Source of the DNA: an uncultured virus (IMG/VR IMGVR_UViG_3300042863_002994)
Lineage: Duplodnaviria > Heunggongvirae > Uroviricota > Caudoviricetes
Reading direction: 5' to 3' (one strand)
IMG/VR virus record: IMGVR_UViG_3300042863_002994
DNA length: 64,000 nucleotides
Under the pieces are notes generated by a model, which was not told where the DNA came from, searched no databases, and saw only the letters and a program-made list of their open reading frames with translations. Below, one piece after another: positions 39,165-47,600 of this stretch (positions are counted from its first letter, which is position 1; every line of letters begins with the position of its first letter). The translations under genes and the position numbers were made by a program.

Positions 39165-40130
39165 TCAGAATTTTCTATTTTTCAAGTGTTCTAAAAAATT
39201 GAAAGAATTATCTTTATTTATTCTCACCATATCTTTATTTATTTCAATTTCTTTTAGATCTGATATTGATTTATTTTTTTCAAAAAAATGTTCAGCAGCA
39301 TCTTTTCCAAATTCTGAATGTACGGTTATAGATTCAATTCCTCTTAGTCTGAAAAATCTTTTTAAAATCATTCCATTTTTCATACCGACACTATCATTAT
39401 CTACCATTATAACTATTTTAGAAGGCTTCTTTTCTATTAATTTCAATAATTGAATTCCTGACCACATTGCAGATGATGGAGTAACTGAATTTACTCCCAT
39501 TTCTTTTAGTGCCATTGCATCAAATATTCCTTCTGAAATCCAAACCTCACTACCTTCTCTTAATCCATCTAATCCCCAAACTGGAACATCCGGTACGGCA
39601 AGAGTATATTTTAATTTACCAACGTCTGTTATTCTTCTTATCGAACAATTTGTCAATATACCATTTTCAAATAAGGGTTGGCATATTCCACCTTCTTCAA
39701 TTCCATCCTTTAGTATATTTCTTAATATTGGATGGCAAGTTGCTCCTAATCTTATAAGGTCTTTTTCTTTTTTAATGTTTGATAATCCGAATATTGACCA
39801 TTTTCTCAATACACTCTCTGGCATTTTTCTCTTTTCTAAAAATTCTCTTTCAACATCTGAAAACTTCATTATTGATAACTTAACAAGTTCAGTTAATTCT
39901 ATTATATCATTTTTTGTTACTTTAACATCATCTCCAATATTATTAAGTTCGGATGCGTTAATTTCAACAAAATTATCGAGATCATCATGTAAAGATTTTA
40001 TCCAATCAAATTGTTCTTCTATTTGTTGGAGTAAAATTAAATCCATATCTTTGCTAACATGATTGAGTATCATTTTTGATGATCGATTGTTATATAATAT
40101 GAATGCCAATTCTTTTTTGTTAAATTCCAT
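39165..40130 (-). CDS. TOPRIM-domain primase-like protein
   Basis: FLEKR, KY, SEGIFDA, DND.VG, KD. Confidence 0.75.
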   Translation of the reverse strand: MEFNKKELAFILYNNRSSKMILNHVSKDMDLILLQQIEEQFDWIKSLHDDLDNFVEINASELNNIGDDVKVTKNDIIELTELVKLSIMKFSDVEREFLEKRKMPESVLRKWSIFGLSNIKKEKDLIRLGATCHPILRNILKDGIEEGGICQPLFENGILTNCSIRRITDVGKLKYTLAVPDVPVWGLDGLREGSEVWISEGIFDAMALKEMGVNSVTPSSAMWSGIQLLKLIEKKPSKIVIMVDNDSVGMKNGMILKRFFRLRGIESITVHSEFGKDAAEHFFEKNKSISDLKEIEINKDMVRINKDNSFNFLEHLKNRKF

Positions 40131-40150
40131 AACTTATTTATTAAAAATAT

Positions 40151-40744
40151 ATGTTACCATTACAAATTGCACTAACTGGGAATGAAGGAAGTGGACTTCA
40201 TGATGTAGGAAGTTATTTTAAAAAAAATGGTGTTGAAGTATTTAATGCTGATATTCAATTAAAATGGATTTTAAACTATGATGAATATATAATAAGCTTA
40301 GTTAAAAGAAAGTTTGGAGAAGGATCTGTTACAAGTGGATTCCTTAATCCACTTTATTTCAATAATGATTCTAGGTTTGATGATCTTATAGATATTGTAG
40401 AGTTTAAACTTTTTGATCAACTAAGTAAATTTCGATTTAAAAGCAGAGATAAATGTTATATTATATTTTTATCATCTTTGTTACATGAGAGAAACTGGAT
40501 AAATAGATTTGATATGACGGTGATGGTCACAAGATCTACTGATGAGAGGATTGAATCTTTTTATAAGAATTCTGAGTATTCAATTTCTCAAGCAAAAATG
40601 ATATTTTCAAACGAAATGAGTCAATCAGATAAAAGTATAAATTCCGAATTCGTTCTTGATAATCTCTCAAAATCTATGATAGATAGTCAAGTAAAAAACA
40701 TAGATTCGCAAATTGTAAATTATTATTTAAAAACAAGAAATTAA
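40151..40744 (+). CDS. coaE: Dephospho-CoA kinase-like protein
   Basis: IALTG..GSG, NAD, LLHE, R..; P-loop Lys appears degenerate. Confidence 0.65.
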   Translation: MLPLQIALTGNEGSGLHDVGSYFKKNGVEVFNADIQLKWILNYDEYIISLVKRKFGEGSVTSGFLNPLYFNNDSRFDDLIDIVEFKLFDQLSKFRFKSRDKCYIIFLSSLLHERNWINRFDMTVMVTRSTDERIESFYKNSEYSISQAKMIFSNEMSQSDKSINSEFVLDNLSKSMIDSQVKNIDSQIVNYYLKTRN

Positions 40745-41230
40745 ATGTCAACACATAAAGTGAAAATAAAAGTAATTCATGTTGATAATTGGAAGCACCT
40801 TCAATTTGTTAAAGTTATAAAAGAACATACCGGATTAGGATTAAAAGATGCCAAAGATTTATCGGATGATATTAAAATTATTTATGATAGATCTTATAAT
40901 AAATGGGTCGAACTTGATATAATTACTGATGCCTATTCTTTAAAAAAAGATATATCTTATCAAGGATTTCGAGTTGAAATAATTGATCAAACAGAAGAAA
41001 GGAATTTAAAACTTATGTCAATAGGACTTGGTGATAAATCCGATTTAATAGAATCAATATCCAAGGAACTATCAATCGAATTGTATAGTAAAGTAAAAAA
41101 TGAGTTATCAAATGATTTGGATAGTATATTTAAATCTTATTTTGAAAAACTATTGATTGATTTCAGTGATGAGAAACTAATAGAAATTTTAAATAAAAGA
41201 ATGAGTGGCAAATGCTTGCATACACTCTAA
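40745..41230 (+). CDS. Protein with ribosomal L7/L12 C-terminal-like domain
   Basis: VKVIKEHTGLGLKDAKDL. Confidence 0.7.
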   Translation: MSTHKVKIKVIHVDNWKHLQFVKVIKEHTGLGLKDAKDLSDDIKIIYDRSYNKWVELDIITDAYSLKKDISYQGFRVEIIDQTEERNLKLMSIGLGDKSDLIESISKELSIELYSKVKNELSNDLDSIFKSYFEKLLIDFSDEKLIEILNKRMSGKCLHTL

Positions 41231-41407
41231 ATCTTCTGAGGTAAAATTCGGAGGAGAACCTAATGATTACCATATGTTCTGGGTACAAGAAGTAATGATT
41301 TCTTTATTCGGATATATCATAGTAAATTCAGAAGGAAATATATGACCTAGATGTAGGCACTTCCGGGCGAAATTCCCACTTATCAGATATTCTCAAAATA
41401 TTAGATT

Positions 41408-41437
41408 AAAAAAAAGTCCCAAATTGGGACTTTTTTT
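41408..41437. terminator. Bidirectional intrinsic terminator
   Basis: AAAAAAAGTCCCAA-A-TTGGGACTTTTTTT. Confidence 0.85.
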
Positions 41438-41440
41438 ATT

Positions 41441-42529
41441 TTATGCCGTTAAAAATATCTTTCTACTCTGTCTATCAATCGCGAGTATCTTTACATTTAC
41501 TTCTTGTCCGGGACTAAACTTTTTATTTATTTTTTCTAATTCAGAGGTGTGTATAAGACCCATTGTATCTTCATCTAGTGATATTAGTGTTCCAAAGTTT
41601 TTAGTATCTCTGGCGGTTCCTATGAGTACTTCACCGACTTTAATGTTGTCCCAAAGAGATTCACGCATTATCTGAGTGAGTATTATTTTCTTTTTTATAA
41701 TTTCTTTTACATAGAATTCAATCCTTGTTCCTGGTTTGATATCATTGATTACATCTCTGTATGATTCCACTATGTTTGCCTTGTGTATCATTCCGGTGAG
41801 ACATTCATTGAATTCAACGAATACTCCAAATGGTGTGGTTCCTGTAACATGTCCTTCATAAAGGTTTCCTTCTATGATTTCATCCATAGCAGAGGGAATC
41901 AAAGTGTGTAGATACTTTCTTCTACTTATTATATAAGTTCCTTCTTGTTCAGAGTAATTATCAACCATAGCAGTTAATTTTTGACCAACAATTGATTCTG
42001 GGTCGTGTAGTTTATTTATACCTGCTAATGTATTTGGCATGAATCCAGAAAGTGTAATTCCATTATAGAAAACATCAACATCATATCCTGCTGGGTTCAT
42101 ACTTCTTACATATATACTAACAACAGAATCATCTATATTTATTAATTCATCATGTGCTTTTGTTTCATATAGTTGTGAAATAGATCCTCTAACAAAAAAA
42201 GATAATTTATCAATTGAGGAGATAATAACATCTATCGTTTCTCCAACATTTGTATTTTTTAAATATTTGTTTTCTAATGGTCTATTTTCAACATAGATAT
42301 CATCTTTTAGACCAGGATAATTGAAGATGTGAAATCCACTTGTTAATCCTTGATACTTTGCGTTAAGAACTTTACCTTCTACCATAGGTTCGATATTCAT
42401 CGAACTTATTAGTTTAAGAAGTTTTTGGTCTTCAGGATTGTTTGATACTTTTCTGTTTTTGTTTTTTATTTTGGACTCTTCGATTTCAAGTTCATTCCAA
42501 AAATTTTCATCATTTAAATTTTCATTCAT
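41441..42529 (-). CDS. Ribosomal protein S1-like multi-S1-domain protein
   Basis: GFMP..L, G.V.GTTPFGVFVEF..GMIH, NFG.LI.L..GLIH.SEL, G.EV.VKIL.ID. Confidence 0.85.
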   Translation of the reverse strand: MNENLNDENFWNELEIEESKIKNKNRKVSNNPEDQKLLKLISSMNIEPMVEGKVLNAKYQGLTSGFHIFNYPGLKDDIYVENRPLENKYLKNTNVGETIDVIISSIDKLSFFVRGSISQLYETKAHDELINIDDSVVSIYVRSMNPAGYDVDVFYNGITLSGFMPNTLAGINKLHDPESIVGQKLTAMVDNYSEQEGTYIISRRKYLHTLIPSAMDEIIEGNLYEGHVTGTTPFGVFVEFNECLTGMIHKANIVESYRDVINDIKPGTRIEFYVKEIIKKKIILTQIMRESLWDNIKVGEVLIGTARDTKNFGTLISLDEDTMGLIHTSELEKINKKFSPGQEVNVKILAIDRQSRKIFLTA

Positions 42530-42559
42530 TTTTATAGTTTTTAAAGGTTAGTGTTTATA

Positions 42560-42922
42560 TTATAATTTTTTGATTTTGTTTAATTTCATGTAATCTCTTA
42601 TTTTACAAGATTCTTCATAATTTTCATTTTTTATTGATTCTTCTAATTTTTTATTTAATTCTATTTCTAATTCTTCTTTTGATTTTAATTTTGTTTTCTT
42701 CTCGATAATATCATTTAATGACTGATAATAATCCTTCATTTCTGTTAAATTTTTAAAAAAAGGAATATCTAATTCAGTGGGTTCATTTAATTTTACCGAA
42801 TTTTTCAATTTATCTAAAAATCTTTTATTTATAGCCTCTGATTCAATTAAAAATTCATAAAGATGATTAGGTCTGTTTTTAAATAATTTAAGAAGTATTA
42901 AAAAATTTTCATTTTTATCCAT
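42560..42922 (-). CDS. Protein with C-terminal UVR (UvrB/C) motif
   Basis: LEESIKNENYEESCKIRD. Confidence 0.7.
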   Translation of the reverse strand: MDKNENFLILLKLFKNRPNHLYEFLIESEAINKRFLDKLKNSVKLNEPTELDIPFFKNLTEMKDYYQSLNDIIEKKTKLKSKEELEIELNKKLEESIKNENYEESCKIRDYMKLNKIKKL

Positions 42923-42930
42923 ACACTAAT

Positions 42931-43656
42931 TTATATTTTTTCGTAAAAAAGTTTAAAATAATAATCAAAACAAAATTCAGAAGCACTCTTTTCCTGAGAA
43001 AATGTTAAAACGGTTTTTGAAAAATCAAATTCAGTCATTGTTTGAAATGATCTTAACTTATTAGATTCATTTACTATATCCGATATAAGCATAGAAGATC
43101 TAAACTGATTTGTTTCACTTGCCCAAAGTGAGTTGAACCTAAGTGAGTTTTGATTTTGGATCGGAACATAATTTAAGAATAATTCTATTTTTGATAGTTT
43201 ATATCTATCAAGTACGTTCTTTATAACATACTCTTTTATTGCAAAACTAACATCACCACTTTTAACCATTGAATTTCTTACTCCTTCAAATGTTCTCCAT
43301 CTTTTCAAAGTAGCAAAAATATAATTTATCAAAATTGTTCTTAAATCTATTTCAATTATCCACCTTGTTTTATTTAATTTCTGAGATTCGGTTTGAGACT
43401 CATCTATTTTTAATACGTGATTCAAAAGTTTATCAGTTGATGATGAATAACTTATAAAAGGTAGTGAACTCTCAACAATAAGATCCAACTGCTCACCATC
43501 GGCAGTTTGAAAGTAAACCAAACTTTTATCGTGAATCTCCAAAATATCCTCAATCTCAAGCATCTTAGAAGCAAATACAGAGCTTTCTTCTTGCATATTG
43601 AAAGTTCCCCATATTGGTGAATAATTGAATTCAGGACTAATATAAGTTCTTCTCAT
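42931..43656 (-). CDS. Probable virion structural protein
   Basis: In structural cluster; no enzyme motif. Confidence 0.55.
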   Translation of the reverse strand: MRRTYISPEFNYSPIWGTFNMQEESSVFASKMLEIEDILEIHDKSLVYFQTADGEQLDLIVESSLPFISYSSSTDKLLNHVLKIDESQTESQKLNKTRWIIEIDLRTILINYIFATLKRWRTFEGVRNSMVKSGDVSFAIKEYVIKNVLDRYKLSKIELFLNYVPIQNQNSLRFNSLWASETNQFRSSMLISDIVNESNKLRSFQTMTEFDFSKTVLTFSQEKSASEFCFDYYFKLFYEKI

Positions 43657-44021
43657 TAGATGGTATTTAGTTTTTTTACAATCTGTTGAACATAAAGAGT
43701 TTGATAAATATTCTGAAGTGTAGGAACCGCAGAAAAATTTGGCTTTCTTACTTCAAAGTGATATTCATGATCCCAAGTTGATTTAAAAATAAAATAATCA
43801 ATCACCATATATCCAAATTCATCCAACATAGGATAAATAGAATCAAATGTATCATTGTTTCTTAATTTCAATATATTCTCTTCTCTGTTTACTTTACTTA
43901 TTACCCTTTGTTTCATGACTCCGAATAAAGAAAGTGATGTATCAAAGACATAATTCCCACTTCTTAACTTTGAAGTTTGAATAGGTTTCTGAGTATAAAT
44001 GGTTTGAGTAAATACTGACAT
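43656..44021 (-). CDS. Probable structural protein or detached C-terminal domain
   Basis: Own TAATATATA motif at 44028-44036. Confidence 0.55.
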   Translation of the reverse strand: MSVFTQTIYTQKPIQTSKLRSGNYVFDTSLSLFGVMKQRVISKVNREENILKLRNNDTFDSIYPMLDEFGYMVIDYFIFKSTWDHEYHFEVRKPNFSAVPTLQNIYQTLYVQQIVKKLNTI

Positions 44022-44089
44022 TGATAATATATATTAAAATTCTAATGCTTATACTATGATCGGAATAATTGGTATGAAATATATTTAGG

Positions 44090-44632
44090 TTAGGAGTATT
44101 GAAATGTACAATATCCCTGTGATAGTTTTATTTGCTTAGAAATTAATGAACTTAACGGGGTATTAGTTTTTGGTTCATATGGTGGTGATATAGTAAGACT
44201 ATCATTTAATGTAAATGATCCTATTGGATAATTATTTACATTATTTATAGTATTTGTATAATAAGCAAGTATACCATAATCATTTTGTGAATTTTGTGAT
44301 GCTATTCCGTTAGAATTAGTCCAGTTTCTTACTTGTAAGAACCAGATAGTGCCTTGATTTGGAGAATTTTGTATTAGTCTGATTGGAAATGTATCCTCAT
44401 TTGAAGCAAAAGTTCTCATAAAACCTCTCCATTCCCATATTGGTTCATAAGAGTTTGTAAAATTATTCCAAGTATATTTTGTGTTATCTGGATTGACCAC
44501 TAATATATCATCAATCACTGGTTTTATATACAGATTCAAATTTGAAGAATACTGTGGAATACCTTTGGTAGATGTAGTTCCCAAACAAAAATTTTCACAA
44601 CAAGGTTCTTTTACAGATGATGGTATCGACAT
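44090..44632 (-). CDS. Cys-bounded beta-rich module protein
   Basis: Composition resembles the terminal modules of 44649..50465. Confidence 0.55.
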   Translation of the reverse strand: MSIPSSVKEPCCENFCLGTTSTKGIPQYSSNLNLYIKPVIDDILVVNPDNTKYTWNNFTNSYEPIWEWRGFMRTFASNEDTFPIRLIQNSPNQGTIWFLQVRNWTNSNGIASQNSQNDYGILAYYTNTINNVNNYPIGSFTLNDSLTISPPYEPKTNTPLSSLISKQIKLSQGYCTFQYS

Positions 44633-44648
44633 ATTTTATTATTATTTT

Positions 44649-47600
44649 TTAGCATGAACTTGAAGTATTTATATTATAGTAACGTGGATATGGTCCACCA
44701 ACTCTTGTGTACACTCCCCAACTAGAAGAAATTGGTACTGGAAGTAATTCAGGCATCACTGATATCGAAGTCTCTGATGTGCCACCCGTGAATTGTGGTA
44801 ATGTAGTACTTGAGTCTTCGGAGAAGATAGTCCATACTCCGTTTATAAGTCTAATAGAATATTTTCTAAGTATAAATCCTTCTACTTGTTCATATCCGAT
44901 GTAAGCATTTTCATTTGGAGTCCATATAAGATTTATTTTTAATACAGGGTTTATACGACGAATCTCAGTAATACTCATACATAAACTCTGTAAAAATAAC
45001 GGACTAGTTTCACTACATACTCCTTCTGATACAACAAATGATTCATTATATCCAGAATCGATGAATCCATCCTTATAAGTCCCTGTTAGTAAACTACTCG
45101 ATGCAACTACCGTTTCATCTTGTTTTACATTCCAAGTACCATTCTCATAAACAATAACATAATCTATGTTATTGAAACTTCCTTCATAGCTACCATCCTC
45201 TTGTAAATAAAAAGTGGAATATCCATTAATAACACTTGTACCACTTGAATTAAGGATATATTGCACACATATTCCTTCTATTGGAATATCCTCAATTACT
45301 GGAACTGGTGATCTATTAACTATATAACTTTCCTGATTACATTCAATTACTAATCCCCTTTCGAGTAATTCTTTAAACAATAACTCAGGATAATCGGATT
45401 GTTGTACTAAATTTAAAAAGGTTGTAAATAAATTCGGAGATCCATATTGTCCAATTCCAAAAATATCCGCTTGTTGTGCAGGTGTTCCTGATAAATTCGC
45501 TATAACTGTTGTGAATTCGGCGTTATTATTAACTGTTCCAGTGAACCATAAATTAAATTGATCATTTGAAGGTGTTGCAACTGCATGTTTCATAACATCA
45601 CAAACTAGAGGATCTTCACCAATATATTCATCATAAAGATTCTTAAAAGTCTCATTTCCTAATCCATTCTCTGTGTATTGTAAAAATCCAAGTAATTGAG
45701 GTCCACAATACGGACAACATAGATTCGCAGTTGATTTTTCAATGATGAATGGCTCTGAATCAATAGCTGATAAGATATCATCAGCAACATAATTATATTG
45801 AGAGAAGAAATATTCCAATATCGATTGACAAGGAGATTCGTCAATGACCGATATTCTTATATCACAAGGTTTAGGATAACTCATAGAAAGAACCCAATAA
45901 CCATCAGCCATTCTTGGGTATATATTCTCGTTGCCTGGTTCTAATATCTCAAATTCAAAATCAACTTCTGAAAAAATTTCCTCTGATTCAATAACAGTAA
46001 TTATCTGATCATAAAAATCTGTTACCTCAGGTTCGCCATCATCTTCTGGTAATTCTAAAACAACATCTTTTATAACTGAATTATCTGAATCTGAGAGACT
46101 TAAAGTTATAGATTGAGTAGTTCCAAATGATGCTGTTCCTAACCAAACTATTAATTGTATATTACACAAAGCATCAGAATCATAAAGTTGTGCATTATTA
46201 AACAATTCTATTTCATAGAATATCGGCATATAATATCCTGAGTGTCTATGTAATTTTGAACTTATCTGATCTTTTTGTGAATTATAGTTTATGGATATCC
46301 CAGGTTCGCCTTTTACATTGTCTATTATTGTTCCTAATGGCAATTCATTATAAAAATCTATTTTTTCTAAGTTATCTATATTACCATTTACTAAGAATCT
46401 ATTTGATTTAAGGACATTCTTATCAACCGTTGATAATGAATATCTAAGTGTATCATCTCTAAGATCAAATTCATCTGGTTCTTCAACAATCAACATATAA
46501 GGAAGTTCATTTATCTTATTATTGAAGTTATATTTCTTGAATGTTCCATCTTCTTCAATCACAACATAAGTTGTGAAATCAGCAAATCCATATAAAGTAT
46601 CAAGATCATTTATTTGTTGAATTATATTTGCCGCTGTTAATCTCTTATTTGTTTCAACATAAAGTTCATCTCTTTCAATATTTTTTGTTTCATCAAGAAC
46701 TTTTGGATTTGTACTATGAATAGTATTATCATTTATTGAAATATTTACAAGTACATTTTTCCACTTTTTATTTATATAAATAGTTATTCCATTATCTAGT
46801 GTCAAATCTCCCTTACACACATCTGGTGCAGTCTTAGGAGGAAAAACATTAAGAAAGAAATCTTCTTTATTAAAAGCTTCGGAATATAAAGTTGTTTTAA
46901 ATTGTGAAGAACAATCCTTATTTATTTTATTATATTCCCATGTAAGTTCAAACTCTGAATGATCTTTTTTAGCACCATTTAAATATAAATTAAATATATC
47001 TAAGTCAACTATTTGATTATTTTTATTTGTTAAATACCAATTTTCTCCTTCTGGAAATTCTTCTATGAGACCTTCTATATTTTCTGAGGTAACTTCATAC
47101 GCAACACCTCCTCTAAAACAAAGAGATTTACAATCCGAATTATTTTCACCAGGATTATATTGGCAATAGTAAAAACTATCATTCATTATTATCATTGGAT
47201 TGATAAGTGAAGAATATTTGAAATCTGTATCAGGAACAAATGAATATACTCTTGACCATACGGGTTCTGATTCTCCTGGTATATCATCAATACTTGATTG
47301 TGTAAGTGATTGATAGAGTGTGTTATTATATACCACATATTCGCCTGTATTGTAAACTGAGACATTTCTATCCCATAATTCTATTTTTTCCCATGCTTTA
47401 TTTGTAACTGAACTTTCAGGAACTTCTCTCCAGAATATGTCACCAGAAGAAGATCCAGATTTTCTATTATTAACTTGTGGTCTAATTCCAGGTGTAACTG
47501 GGAATATACATTCAAAATATCTATTTTCATAGTTTACCGGAGGGGAAGAAACAGTATATCCAAAAGTTGGATTCCAAAAATCAACTAAAGGTGGAGTGAA

